Shown: in pieces, positions 22,801 to 36,229 of the stretch
Position numbering within the stretch: the first letter of the stretch is position 1
Layout: every line of letters starts with the position of its first letter
Assembly (NCBI RefSeq): GCF_044704955.1
Contig: NC_091984.1
Location: forward strand, 145,886,001 to 145,950,000
Direction of reading: 5' to 3'
Source of the DNA: Pristiophorus japonicus
Taxonomy: Eukaryota
Length of the DNA: 64,000 bases
The notes under the pieces: generated by a model
The model's input: the letters and a program-made list of their open reading frames with translations, nothing else
Database searches by the model: none
Told to the model about the DNA's origin: nothing
Program-made: the position numbers and the translations under genes

Positions 22801-24832
22801 GGCCTACTCCTGCACCTATTTTCTATGTTTCTATGTTTCTAACAACTCTCTGCGGCAGGGAATTCCACAGGTTAACAACTCTCTGAGTGAAGAAGTTTCT
22901 CCTCATCTCAGTGCAAAATGGCTTACCTCTTATCCTCAGACTATGTCCCCTGCTTCTAGACTTCCCAACATCGGGAACATTCGTCCCGCATCTAACTTGT
23001 CCAGTCCCGTCAGAATCTTATATGTTTCTATGAGATCCCTTCTCATCCTTATAAACTCCAGTGTATAAAGACCTAGTTGATCCAGTCTCTCCTCATATGT
23101 CAGTCCAGCCATCCCGGGAATCAGTCTGGTGAACCTTCGCTGCACTCCCTCAATAGAAAGGACATCCTTCCTCAGATTAGGAGACCAAAACTGAACACAA
23201 TATTCCAGCTGGGGACTGTACAACTGCAGTAAGACCTCCCTGCTCCTATACTCAAATCCCCTAGCCATGAAGGCCAACATACCAATGGCCTTCTTCACCG
23301 CCTGCTGTACCTGCATGCCAACTTTCAATGACTGATGAACCATGACAGCCAGGTCTCGTTGCAACTCCCCTTTTCCCTCATCTGTCACCATTGAGATAAT
23401 ATTCTGCCTTTGTGTTTTTGCCTCCAAATTGGATAACCTCACATTTATCCACATTATACTGCATCTGCCATACATTTGCCCACTCACCGAACCTATCCAA
23501 ATCACCCTGCTGCCTCTTAGCGTCCTCCTCACAGCTCACACCGCTACCCAGTTTAGTATCATCTACAAACTTGGAGATATTACACTCAATTCCTTCATCC
23601 AAATCATTAATGTATATTGTAAAGAGCTGGTGTCCCAGCACTGAGCCTTGCGGCACTCCACTACTCACTGTCTGCCATTCTGAAAAGGACCCATTTATCC
23701 CGACTCTCTGCTTCCTGTATGCCAACCAGTTCTCTATCCACGTCAGTACATTACCGCCAATACCATGTGCTTTGATTTTGCACAACAATCTCTTGTGTGG
23801 GACCTTGTCAAAAGCCTTTTGAAAGTCCAAATACACCACATCCACTGGTTCTCCCTTGTCCTCTCTAATAGCTACATCCTAAAAATATTCCAGAAGATTT
23901 GTCAAGCATGATTTCCCCTTCATAAATCCATGCTGACTTGGATCGATCCTGTCACTGCTTTCCAAATGCACTGTTATTTCATCCTTAATAAATGATTCCA
24001 ACATTTTCCCCACTACTGATGTCAGTCTAACTGGTCTATAAATACCCCATTTCATCTCTCCCTCCCTTTTTAAAAAGTGGTGTTACATTAACTACGTACA
24101 TTGCAGGCCAGTCAGCCTAACCCCGGTGGTGGGAAAATTGTTAGAAAAAGTCCTGAGAGACAGGATAAATCTTCATTTAGATAGATGGGTTAATCAAGGA
24201 CAGTCAGCATGGATTTGTTGAGGGAAGATCATGTCTGGCTAACTTAATTGAATTAATGGAGGAAGAAATAAGGAGGGTCGATGAGGTTAGCACGTTTGAT
24301 GTACTGTATATGGATTTTAGCAAGACATTTGATAAGGTCTCACATGGCAGACTGGTCACGAAAGTAAAAGTCCATGGGATCCAGGGCAAAGTGGTAAGTT
24401 GGATCCAAAGTTGTCTCAGAGGCAGGAAGCAAAGGGTAATAGTTGATGGGTGTTTTTTGTGACTGGAAGGCTGTTTCCAGTGGGGTTCTGCAGGGCTCAG
24501 TACTAGGTCCCTTGCTTTTTGTGGTATATATCAATGATTTAGACTTGAATGTAGGGGGTATGATTAAGAAGTTTGCAGACGATTCTAAAATCGGCTGTGT
24601 TGTTGATAATGAAGAAGAAAGCTGGAGACAGCTAGAAGATAACAATGAAATTGTCAGGTGGGCAGAACAGTGGCAAATGGGATTTAATCCAGAGAAGTCT
24701 GAGGTAATGCTTTTGGGGAAGGATAACAAGGCAAGGCAATACATATTAAATGGTAGGACACTGAGGATTTTTGAGGAACAAAGGGACCTGGGTATGCATG
24801 TCCACAGATCCCTGAAGGTAGCAGGCCAGGTA
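19890..24832 (+). mobile_element. Long CR1 LINE (SGNH-esterase ORF1, APE/RT ORF2), degenerate, with nested insertion
   Basis: CRKC, VGDSIVRG, DGLHLN; ITETW, VYYRPP, DFNYP, SDHN; KSPGPD; resumes at ~24105 with DFSKTFDKV, GSVLGP, FADD. Confidence 0.9.
22495..24096 (-). mobile_element. CR1 LINE nested in the plus-strand CR1
   Basis: LDFQKAFDKVPH, QGSVLG, FVDD, (ATAGAAAC)n tail. Confidence 0.88.
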
Positions 24833-26721
24833 GATGAGTTTTTATGACAATCCGGCAGTTTCGTGGTCACCATTACTGACACTAGCTTTTTATTCCAGAT
24901 TTATTAAATTAACTGAATTAAATTCCCCAGCTGCCGTGGTGGGATTTGAACTCGTGTCTCTGGATCATTAGTCCAGGCCATAGTAGTCCAGATCTCTTTC
25001 AAAGAGCCAGCATGGGTTTGATGGGCTATATGGCCTCCCTCTGTGCTGTGAGATGCTGTGATTAAGAAGCAGGGCTCCAGCTAGCGTAGGCAATGTGGGT
25101 TCAAGGGTTGAAAGCAGGGGTTTGGGTGGAGCCCATATAGATGTACCACAAGGGGGCGCTACTGCATCAATTGATCCAATTATTGGCAGCGGGGAAACCG
25201 GGGACGGAAATAGCTTCAATAAAATGTGTGTTGCGACTTTTAAAGTGGTCAACACCACCAGCACGATTATAGAATCACAGAAAATTACAGCACGGAAGGA
25301 GGCCATTTCGGCCCATCATGTCCGTGCCGGCCAACAAAGAGCTACCCAGCCTAATCCCACTTTCCTGCCCTGGGTCCATAGCCCTGTGGGTTATGGCACT
25401 TCAAGTGCACATCCAAGTACTTTTTAAATGTAGTGAGAAAACACCCCCAGCAGATCCAATCTTTCCTCATAGCTAAAATTCTCCAGTCCCGGCAACATCC
25501 TCGTGAATCTCCTCTGTACCCTCTCTCGTGTAATCACATCTTTCCTGTAATGTGGTGACCAGAACTGCACGCAGTACTCTAGCTGTGGCCTAACTAGTGT
25601 TTTATACAGTTCAAGCATAACCTCCCTGCTCATGTATTCTATGCCTCGGCTAATAAAGGCAAGTATTGAGAATGCCTTTTTAACCACCTTATCGACCTGG
25701 CCTGCTAACTTCAGGGATCTGTGGACATGCACTCCAAGGTACCTCCATTCCTCCACCCCTCTCAGTACCCTCCCATTTATTGTGTATTCCCTTGCCTTGT
25801 TGCCCCTCCCCAAATGCATTAGAACAAGGCTGCAGTTAGAGCAGCCTTTCCACCCACTGACAGCACTCACTGAGTCTGACTCATGGCATCGATCAGCTGG
25901 ACATTGATCTGGAAACACCAGCCCCCTGGTGAGGGAATCGAGGCTCTGATGCGACTGATAAAAGGCAAGATGAGGTTGCGGAGAGGTACACAGCTGCTGC
26001 TGGACACATTGAACAGGAGGAGGCCATTCAGCCCCTCGAGCCTGTTCCCCCATTCAATCAGATCATGGCTCATCTGTATCTGAACCCCATCTACCCGCCT
26101 TGGTTCCACAAGTTCCAAGACCTATACTCTCTCGAGTTTAGAAGAATGAGAGGGGATCTCATTGAAACATATAAGATTCTGACAGGGCTTGACAGGGTAG
26201 ATGCAGGGAGGATGTTTCCTCTGGCTGGGGAGTCTATAACCAGGGGTCACAGTCTCAGAATAAGAGGTCGGCTATTGAGGTCTAAGATGAGGAGAAACCT
26301 CTTCACTCAGAGGGTGATGAATCTCTGTAATTCTCTGCCCCAGAGGGCTGTGGAGGCTCAGTCTTTGATATATTCAAGACGGAGATCGATAGATTTTTGG
26401 ATATTAAGGGAATCAAGGGATATGGGGACAGTGCAGGAAAGTTGAGTTGCGGTAGATGATCAGCCATGATCTCATTGAATGTCGGAGCAGGCTCTCGGGA
26501 CCGAATGGTCTACTCCTGCTCGGGAGGGGCAGAGGGGATGGGAGGGGGGAGGGGAATTTGAGGTAGGGAGGTTGGAGGGAGTGAGGGGTGAGTTGGGATG
26601 TGGTGAGGGATGTGGTGTGAGGAGGGCGGGAGTGAGGGAGGAAGGCAGGGGAGTGGCTGGAGGTGGGGTGGGGAGGACGGTGAGAATGGCTCGGTGAGGG
26701 GAGGCGGGCGGGGAAGTAGAG

Positions 26722-27208
26722 ACCGACATCGGCTTCTGGTTAAGCAACGCCTCTTAAAAAAATTCTCATCCTTTTTTTCAAATCCTTCCAAGACTTCGCC
26801 GCTCCCTAACTCTGTAATCTCCTCCAGCCGCACAACCGCCCCCCCTCCCCCTCTATCTCTATCTCTGTAATCTCCTCCAGCCGCACAACCCTACCCCCCG
26901 CCGAGATGTCTGCGCTCCTCCAATTCTGCCCTCCCGAGCATCCCTGATTATAATCGCTCAACCATTGGTGGCCGTGCCTTCTGTTGCCGAGACCCCAAGT
27001 TCTGGAACTCTCTCCCTAAACCTCTCCGCCTCTCTACCTCTCTTTCCACCTTCAAGACACTCCTTAAAACATACCTTTTTGGTCACCTACACTAATTTCT
27101 TCTTATGTGACTCGGTGTCAAATTTTGTATCTCATAATACTCCTGGGAAGTGCCTTGGGACGTTTCACTACGTTAAAGGCGCTATATAAATACAAGTTGT
27201 TGTTGTTG
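26722..27208 (+). mobile_element. L2-type LINE 3' end
   Basis: Similar to 58183-58630; ends TAAATACAAGTTGTTGTTG. Confidence 0.7.
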
Positions 27209-27270
27209 AATTGAGGGAAAATCTGGTATTCTGGATGTCGCCGCTCCTTTTAACGCCCTCTCCAAAGCAC

Positions 27271-29925
27271 GCACAGCAAATGTAACGCCCCTATTTAAAA
27301 AATGAGGCAGACAGAAAGCAGAAATCTTTAGACCAGTTAGCCTAACATCTGTGGTTGGGAAAATGCTGGAGTCCATTATTAAGGAAGCAGTAGCAGGACA
27401 TTTGGAAAAGCATAGTTCAATCAAGCAGAGTCAGCATGGTTTTATGAAAGGGAAATCACGTTTGACAAAATTGCTGGAATTCTTTAAAGATGTAACGAGC
27501 AGGGTGGATAAAGGGGAACCAGTGGATGTGGTGTATTTGGATTTCCAGAATGCATTCAATAAGGTGCCACATAAAAGGCACAAGATAAAAGTTCCTGGGG
27601 TTGGGGGTAATATATTAGCATGGATAGAGGATTGGCTTACGAACAAAAAAGAGAGAGTCAGGATAAATGGTTCACTTTCCCGTTGGCAAATCCCTAATGG
27701 GATGCCGCAGGGATCGGTGCTGGGGCCTCAATTATTTACAAACTACATTAATGATTTTGATGAAGGGACCAAGTGTAATGTAGCCAAATTTGCTGATGAT
27801 ACAAAGAAGGACATTGAGCTATCCAACAAAGACGATTACACATTACACCAAACAAATGAAAAAGTAAGGGAGGAAATTGAGGAAATGATGGCCCCTCCAA
27901 AATGGGATTTGGGATTCAATATTCAGATTCTCTCCTGGGTTCTAATCGTGTGTCAATCACTAGCCATTGTATAGTTGGTTCTTGTGGTGTAACTATTTAT
28001 CTTATCCTTTAAGTTAAAACAGAATACAAAGGAAGGGAATGTTGAAGGGTTGTTTAGATGAACCAAAGCCAAAGTGTTTGTATATAAAACTGAAGTCAGA
28101 TCAAGCCCGAACATTTTTGTTGTAAAATTGTTGGTTTGTCAGGAAAAAGTACTGTTTTTGATGTAAAACAGGAATGTAATCTGGAGTTTTTGACTGAGAC
28201 TGCAATACGCCCAAATAGAGCTCATGGAAAAAGAACTCCACAAGTAATGACTCTAGTTTTATATTTGCAAAACATTAAAGGAGGGAGTGTAAGGTTACTA
28301 ATCTTCAGAAAAGCACAGAAAGAGACCATGAACTAAAGATTAATACAAGCTTTTGGAATTAAGCTGGACAATTAAGGGCATTCTTGGTCAGGGAACAAAA
28401 CTGACTCCATGCATAACAAGAATGGAGTTGTTACATGAGGCCCTGAACTTGATAGACCAGGGTGGGGAAAACTAGCTCACTGGAGACACCAAGTCTGTAA
28501 AAAGACCAGACAACAAAGGAACCACACTAGGTGCACATCTTTTGGGATGAAGTTTTAAGATGAGAAATCAACTTGAGCCTTGCAGATTCAGTGTGCAAAT
28601 GGGAAAACAGACGAGTCCATTATTGCAGTCAATCAACCAAGGGGACCACAAAACAATGTATCGATGCAAACACTATCAGAAACCGCAGTGGCGGGAGATC
28701 AGTCATAACCTGGATATAAATATGCGAGCTAGAAGCAGCTCTGCAGAATACGGAAGGAGGACAGGAACAGACGGAAGAAGTAGTACACAGAAGAAATAGA
28801 AGGACACGTGTACAGATGGACACAGGTCGAAAGAACAAACAGATGAACAAACGGAAGGACATGTAGTACGGAACATACATGGAGGGAACAACACTGCAGA
28901 GAATGGCCAAAAGAAGAACCAACCGGTCACAGAACCAACGACCACAAACCTACTAAAGATAAAGCCAGGAAGGGCGATTGTATGTCTTCAGTTGATTTTT
29001 AAGAATCAGAGTAGATTGAAAAATAATCACCCTATAAGACAAAGATGGGTGGGAAAGCAAATTGTGAGGAGGACACAAATAGTCTGCAAAGGGATATAGA
29101 CAGACCAAGTGAATGGGTACAAATTTGGCAGATGGAGTATAATGTGGGAAAATGTGAGGTTTTCCACTTTTGCAGAACAAAGAGGAAAGCAAATAAATTT
29201 TCAAATGGAGAAAAATTGCAAAGGAGACCTTGTGCATAAAACACAAAAAGTTAGTATGTGGTTACAACAATAATCAGGAAGGCAAATTAAATGTTGGCCT
29301 TAATTGCAAGGGGGATAAGTATAAAAGCAGAGAAATCCTGCTACATCTATACAGGGTATTGGTGAGGCCACACCTGGAGTACTGTGTACAGTTTTCATCT
29401 CCATACTTAAGAAAGGATATACTTGCATTGGCAGCAGTTCAGAGAATGTTCACTAGATTGATTCTGGAGATGAGGGGGTTGACTTACGAGGATAGGTTGA
29501 GTAGGTTAGGCTTATAATATTGGAGTTCAGAAGAACGAGAGGTGATTTTATTGAAACATATCAGATAATGAGGGGGCGACAAGGTGGATGCAGCGAGGAT
29601 ATTTACACTCAGAGGAGAAAATAGTACTTGGGGTCATAGTCTCAGAATAAGTGGCCGTCCATTTAAAACTGAGTTGAGGAGGAACTTCTTCTCTGAGGCT
29701 TGTAAATCTGTGGAAATCTCTGCCCCAGAGAGCTGTGTAGGCTGAGTCATTGATTATATTTAAGGTGGAGATAGACAGATTTTTGAGCGATAAGAGAATA
29801 AAGGGTTATGGGGAGCGGGCAGGGAAGTGGAGCTGTGTCCAAGATCAGATCAGCCATGATCTTATTAAATGGCGGAGCAGGCTGAGGGGCCAGGTGGCCG
29901 ACTCCTGCTCCTATTTCTTATGTTA
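27271..29925 (+). mobile_element. CR1 LINE split by ERV remnant
   Basis: SQHGFMKG...KFADDTK, resumed at 29039 through to the 3' tail. Confidence 0.85.
27808..29038 (+). mobile_element. ERV remnant (env membrane anchor, PPT, partial LTR) interrupting a CR1
   Basis: MAPPKWDLGFNIQILSWVLIVCQSLAIV resembles the env tail at ~54900; AAAGGAAGGGAA then TG at 28040; CR1 ORF2 resumes at 29039. Confidence 0.6.
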
Positions 29926-30135
29926 TTAACCCTTAATACCCTTACCCAACAGGGCGCTGATGGTGCCGGAGAACCAGCCTGAGCCTCAGATCCTAAACTC
30001 CTCACTGCAACACTGGACTGAGACACAGAGGGAACAGAGTGTGTGCAGAGTGGCGACTGGCTGGTCCCCTGGTCCCCGAGCCCACTCAGCGACCGCCACC
30101 CCCCACCCTGGTCCCCTGAGAACCCTCCTCTCCGC

Positions 30136-33100
30136 GGTTCTGTCTTCATGAGGGAAGATACAAATAGCCTTCCGAAGGTACTAGGAGACAGTGGGTCTAG
30201 TGAGAAGGAGGAACTGAAGGATATCCTTATTAGGTGGGAAATTGTGTTAGGGAAATTGATGGGATTGAAGGCTGATAAATCCCCGGGGCCTGATAGTCTG
30301 TATCCCAGAGTACTCAAGGAAGTGGCCCTAGAAAGAGTGGATGCATTGATGATCATTTTCCAACAGTCTATCGACTCTGGATCAGTTCCTATGGACTGGA
30401 GGGTAGCTAATGTAACACCACTTTTTTAAAAAAAGGAGAGAGAGAGAAAACATGTAATTATAGACCAGTTAGCCTGACATCAGTAGTGGGGAAAATGTTG
30501 GAATCAATCATTAAGGATGAAATAGCAGCGCATTTGGAAAGCAGTGACAGGATCAGACCAAGTCAGCATGGATTTATGAAAGGGAAATGATGCTTGACGC
30601 ATCTTCTGGAATTTTTTTGAGGATGTAACTAGCAGAGTGGACAAGGGAGAACCAGTGGATGTGGTGTATTTGGACTTTCAAAAGTCTTTTGACAAGGTCC
30701 CACACAAGGGATTGGTGTGCAAAATCAAAGCAAATGTTATTGGGGGTAATATATTGACGTGGATAGGAAACTGGTTGGCAGACAGGAAGCAGGGAGTCAG
30801 GATAAACAGGTCCTTTTCGGAATGGCAAGCAGTGACTAGTGGAGTGCCGCAGGGTTCTGTGCTGGGACCCCAGCTCTTTACAATGTACATTAACAATTTA
30901 GATGAAGGAATAGAGTGTAATATCTCCAAATTTGCAGATGAGACTAAACTGGGTGGCGGTGTGAGCTGTGAGGAGGACGCTAAAAGGCAGCAGGGTGACT
31001 TGGACAAGTTCGGTGAGTGGGCAAATACATGGCAGATGCAGTATAATGTGGATAAATGTGAGGTTATCCATTTTGGGGTCAAAAACACGAAGGCAGAATA
31101 TTATCTGAATGGCAGCAAACTCGGAAAAGGTGAGGTGCAACGAGACCTGGGTGTCATGGTTCATCAGTCACTGAAAGTCGGCATGCAGGTACAGCAGGCG
31201 GTAAAGAAGGCAAATGGTATGTTAGCCTTCATAGCTTGGGGATTTGAATATAGAAGCAGAGAGGTCTTAATGCAGCTGTACAGGGCCTTAGTGAGGTCTC
31301 ACGTGGAATATTGTGTTCAGTTTTAGTCTCCTAGTCTGAGGAAGGATGTTCTTGCAATTGAGGGAGTGCAGGGAAGGTTCACCAGACTGATTCCAGGGGT
31401 GGCTGGGCTGTCATATGAGGAGAGACTGGATCAACTGGGCCTTTATTCACTAGAGTTTAGAAGGATGAGAGGGGATCTCACAAAAACATAAAATTCTGAC
31501 GGGACTGGACAGGATAGATGCAGGAATCATGTTACCGAAGTTGGGGAAGTCCCAGGGGACACAGTCTTAGGATAAGTGGTATGCCATTTAGGACTGAGAT
31601 GAGGAGAAACTTCTTCACTCGGAGAGTTGTTAACCTGTGGAATTCCCTGCCGCAGAGATTTGTTGATGCCAGTTCATTCGATATATTCAAGAGAGAGTTA
31701 GATATGGCCCTTACGGCTAAAGGAATCAAGCGGTATGGAGAGAAAGCAGGAAAGGGGTACGGAGGGAATGATCAGCCATGATCTTATTGAATGGCGGAGC
31801 AGGCTCGAGGGGCCGAATGGCCTCCTCCTGCTCCTAATATTCTTATGGAACATTAGTCCGTGTTCTGGGGATTATCTGCTGGGTCCAGGTTTAATCAGCA
31901 AGGGATTTGTGCGAGTCCCAGTTAATAAAAAGAAAAGCCAAATTCAAGAAAGACCTGCAATTATATAGCACCTTTCACACCTGAGGAGGTCCTAAAGTGC
32001 TTCACAGCCAATGAAGTACATTTTTAAGTGTAGTCACTGTTGTAATGTGAGAAACATGGCAACCAATTTGTGCACAACAAGCTCCCACACACAGCAATGA
32101 GTTGAATGACCTCTTCATGGAAGAGGATACAAATAACGTCCAAGAAATGCTCGGGAACCTAAGGTCGAGTGAGCAAGAGGAATTAAAGGAAATGATTATT
32201 AGTAACAAAATAGAGCTGGAGAAACTAACGGGACTGAAGGCCGATAAATCCCCAGGGCCTGATGATCTGCATCCCAGAGGTAGCCATGGAAATAGTAGAT
32301 GCATTGGTTGTCATCTTTCAAAATTCTATAGATTATGGAACAGTTCCTGCAGATTGTAGGGTGGCAAATGTAATCCCACTATTTAAAAAAAGGAGGGAGA
32401 GAGAAAACGGGGAACTACAGACCGGTTATCCTGACATCAGTAGTAGGGAAGATGCCAGAGCCTATTACAAAGGATGTGATAACGGCACACTGAGATAAAA
32501 TCAACGGGATTAAACAAAGTCAACATGGATTTATGAAAGGAAACTCACGTTTGACAAATGTACTGGAGTTTTTGGAGGATGCAATTGACAGAATAGATAA
32601 GGGATAACCAGTGGATGTAGTGTATATGGATTTTCAGAAGGCCTTTGATAAAAATCTCACATAAGAGGTTAGTGTGCAAAATTAAAGCACATAGGATTGT
32701 GGGTAATGTATTGGCATGGATTGAAAATTGGTTCACTGAAAGGAAACAGTCGGAATAAATGGGTTTGTTTCAGGGTGGCGGGCAGTGACAAGTGGGGTAC
32801 CACAGGGATCAGTGCTTGGGCCCCAGATATATATATATACACATATAAATAAATGATTTGAATGAGGGAACCAAATGTTATATTTTCAAGTCTGCTGACG
32901 ACACAAAATTAGGTGGGATTGTGAGTTGTGTGGAGATGCAAAGACACTGCAAGGCGATTTCGATCGGTTGAGTGAGTGAGCAAACACATGGCAGATGTAA
33001 CATATTGTGGATAAATGTGAAGTTACTCACTTTGGTAGGAAAAACATAAGGACAAAGTATTATTTAAATGGTGATAGCTTGGGAAGTGTCGATGGACAGA

Positions 33101-33808
33101 GGGACCTAGGCGTCCTTGTACACCAGTCAGTGAAAGCAAACATACAGGTGCAGCAAGCAGTTAAGAAGGCAAATAGTATGTTGGCCTTCATTGCAAGAGG
33201 ATTTGAGTACAGGAGCAAGGATGTCTTACGACAGGGCCTTGGTGAGACCGCACCTGGAGTATTGTGTGCAGTTTTGGTCTACTTACCTAAGAAAGGATAT
33301 ACTTGCCATAGACGGAGTGCAGCGAAGGTTCACCAGACTGATTCCTGGGATGGGTAGGACTGTCGTATGACGAGAGATTGGGTCGATTAGGTCTGTATAC
33401 ACTAGAGTTTAGAAGAGTGAGAGATGATCTCATTGAAACGTATAAAATTCTGACTGGTTTGGGCAGACTGGATGTGGGGAGGATGGTTTCCCGGGCTGGG
33501 AAGTCTAGAACAAGGAGTCACAGTCTCAGGATACGAGGTAGGAAATTTACAAATGAGATGAGGAGAAATGTTTTCACTCAGAGGGTGGTGAACCTGTGGA
33601 ATTCTCTGCCACAGAAGGCTGTGGAGGCCAAGTCACTGAATATATTTAAGAGGCAAACAGATGGATTTCTCGAAACAAAAGGCATCAAGGGGTATGGGGA
33701 AAAAGCGGGAATATGGTGTTGAGATAGAGGATCAGCCATGATCATATTGAATAGCGATGCAGACTCGAAGGGGCGAATGGCCTACTACTGCTCCTATTTT
33801 CTATGTTT
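30136..33808 (+). mobile_element. Two tandem CR1 3' halves (~30136-31845, ~32110-33808)
   Basis: Each has KSPGPD, RT motifs and a CR1 tail. Confidence 0.88.
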
Positions 33809-34361
33809 AAGTGATGTAGGTCGAGGGATAAATATCGGCCTGAACTCGAGCCACAGAAACAGCAACTGAGAGTCTCCCCACAACCCTGGAGCACTGCAGC
33901 CGCCGGATTGCGAGCCCTGCTGCCCCTGTTTGTGATCAGAAGTTGGACAGGAGGTGAGCGGGGGCTGGACAGATCAGAGTTGGAGCTGGGGGAGGCGGGA
34001 CCTCGGGAGTGTCAGTGTGCTGAGGCTGAGCTCAGTTATATCAGAGACTGTGACAGGAGCACAGACTGCCCCCAGCGAGCTCACTCACTCACACCCACAC
34101 TCTGCCCGTGTCTCACACACCGTGTCTGTCACACTGAGACAGGCAGGAGGCTCGGGAGCGATTTCCGGGGATGGTGCAGGGATGGGACCGCAGTGTGCCA
34201 ACGTCCAGATCTCCTCCACACGGTGGGTAACAGTTCGTTACTTATACTTTGCTGGGTGAAGGGGGAGTGTGGGTAAAGGAATACAGCCGGGCTCCCTGTC
34301 ATACACAGCACTCTTCAATTAACCCTTTCATTCACCGCAGCTCCCCACCATATTATATAAC

Positions 34362-34790
34362 CCATACACAGGCACTGGAGAGGGTGCAGAGAAGGTTTAC
34401 AAGGATGGGACCAGAAATGCGAGGGTGCACATATCAGGAAAGGATGAACAGACTGGGGCTCTTTTCTCTTGAGGCTGAGGGGTGATGATAGAGGTCTTTA
34501 ACATTGGGAAAGGTTTTGATAGAGTGGATACAGAGACAGTGTTTCCACTTGTGGGGAAGAGCAGAACTAGATCGAGGCCATCAATATAGGATAGTCAGCA
34601 AGAAATCCAATCGGAAATTCAGGAGAAAATTCTTTACCCAGCAAGTGGTGAGAATGTGGAACTGGCTACCACAGGGAGTGATTGAAGTGAATCGTATCGA
34701 TGTATTTAAGGGGAGGCTGGACAGGGATATGAGGGAGAAGGGAATAGAGGGTTATGCTGATAGATTTAGATGAGGAAAGACGGGAGGATC
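34362..34790 (+). mobile_element. CR1 3' fragment next to J
   Basis: ALERVQRRFTRM...FFTQQVVRMWNWLP. Confidence 0.8.
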
Positions 34791-34894
34791 GAGTGTAATC
34801 ATATGTAAACTAAAACCTTCGCATATTCAGCATTTGTTCCTGAGAAAGATTCAGTATTTAAAGATTTAATAACGGAGCATTGGGGTTTACTTAC

Positions 34895-34929
34895 TCAGTC
34901 TGAGCTTGGTTCCTTTATCGAATGTGAGC
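34895..34929 (-). CDS. IGKJ: Ig kappa-type J segment (LTFDKGTKLRL; FGxG motif altered to FDKG)
   Basis: GCTCACATTCGATAAAGGAACCAAGCTCAGACTGA|GTAAGT lies directly after the RSS heptamer; phase-1 donor. Confidence 0.93.
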
Positions 34930-34968
34930 CACAGTGACAGCTTCCAGTGCAGCGGCTGTACAATATCC
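34930..34968 (-). promoter_or_regulatory. J recombination signal, 23-bp spacer
   Basis: Plus strand: CACAGTG 34930-34936, 23 nt, ACAATATCC 34960-34968 (7/9 to ACAAAAACC). V-12/J-23 is the kappa configuration. Confidence 0.9.
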
Positions 34969-35299
34969 TCCGTCCCTGGCTCACTCAATCTCTCTCCCCC
35001 TCTCTCTGTCTGTGTGTGTGTGTCTGTGTCTTTCTCAGCGTCTCACTCTCTCTCACTTTCTCTCATTGCCTCTCAGTCTTTCCCCCTTTTCCCTCCCTCC
35101 CTCCCTCCCTCCCCCTCCCCCTCAATCTCCATCTCCCTCACTCTCACCGTCCGAGTTGCCTGTGGCAGTGCCCGGGAGAGTTGGGGATCCGACGTGTTTG
35201 GGACAAATCTCCCAGCTGCCCTTCCCGCCCCATCAGACAGTAACCCTGGGGCCACGGAATTGCTGGAGAATGAAAGTCCCTGTCACACAGGGCTCACCT

Positions 35300-35900
35300 C
35301 TTTGTGCCCCTTGAACAACGGGCTCCGTCTGCAAGCGAGATGTTTGTGTTGCTGACACAGGCCTTCCTCGGGGATCATTATAAAATAACGAGTTTCAGGG
35401 GCTTTAGAAACCTGTTTCCTCAGTTCGTGAACCGTGTGTACGTGGAGTGTGAGAGGATGCAGCCCCTCTTCCACTATTTGAAGGGGCTGCTCCTCAATTT
35501 CTGGTACACTTCAGTCCCACGTTCCTGGGCCTGGCCACCCGGTGCGTGGGGCGGCGGGGGAGTGGGCAGGTCGGAGGGCCTCCCCGTGGGCCTGGTCACC
35601 CAGTGCGGGGGGAACGGGCAGGTCGGAGGGCCTTACCATGGGCCTCCCCCTGGAACAGGCCAAGGTGACCATCCACAGGTCTCAGTTGGACGGGGCCCAT
35701 GGGGTGGTTAAACTGCCTGTCGCCCTCTCTTCGGGGGCTTTGTCCGCATCCAGGTGGCCCTGGGGACAGAGCCCGGGGTAGGCTTGAGGCCTTCTGTGGA
35801 GGGTCTTACGTGTGGGGTGGGCAGGGAAAGAGCACGACCATTTCACTTTCATGTTTATGCTTTGGGTTTTATAAGTTGTGGCCCTCTCAATAGTGGGGGG
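35300..35900 (+). mobile_element. Degenerate Tx1 3' fragment between the V and J RSSs
   Basis: VYVECERMQPLFHYLKGLLLNFW matches the Tx1 C-terminus at 40720-40790. Confidence 0.8.
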
Positions 35901-36201
35901 TTTGTGAGATGATTTGGATTGAGGACACAGGGACCACCCAGTGTCTCCGTGCTGTCTGAATGTACAGAGTAGAGCTGTGAGATTGTCAGTGATGAAGACA
36001 CAGCCCCAACTCCTCTCTGACCCACTCCATCCTTTCCCAATTCACTGCAGCTTCCAGCTGAATATTCCTGCCATCACTCCCATCGAGCTGTGTGTCAGTC
36101 ATGTGTAAAACCGTACAGGAGGTGGGGCTGTGTGTCCATTATTATATATTATATATAACTGTGGGGTGAGTCAGTACAGGAGGTGGGGCTGTGTATATTG
36201 A

Positions 36202-36229
36202 GGTTTTTGTACGGCTGTGTATCACAGTG
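36202..36229 (-). promoter_or_regulatory. V recombination signal, 12-bp spacer
   Basis: Minus strand: CACTGTG (36229-36223), 12 nt, ACAAAAACC (36210-36202). Nonamer is canonical; heptamer has A4>T. Confidence 0.95.

Noticed and set aside
33840-34260. Kappa intronic enhancer with an NF-kB site
   Set aside because: Unique DNA in a plausible position, but GGAGCGATTTCC does not fit the kB consensus well enough to call.
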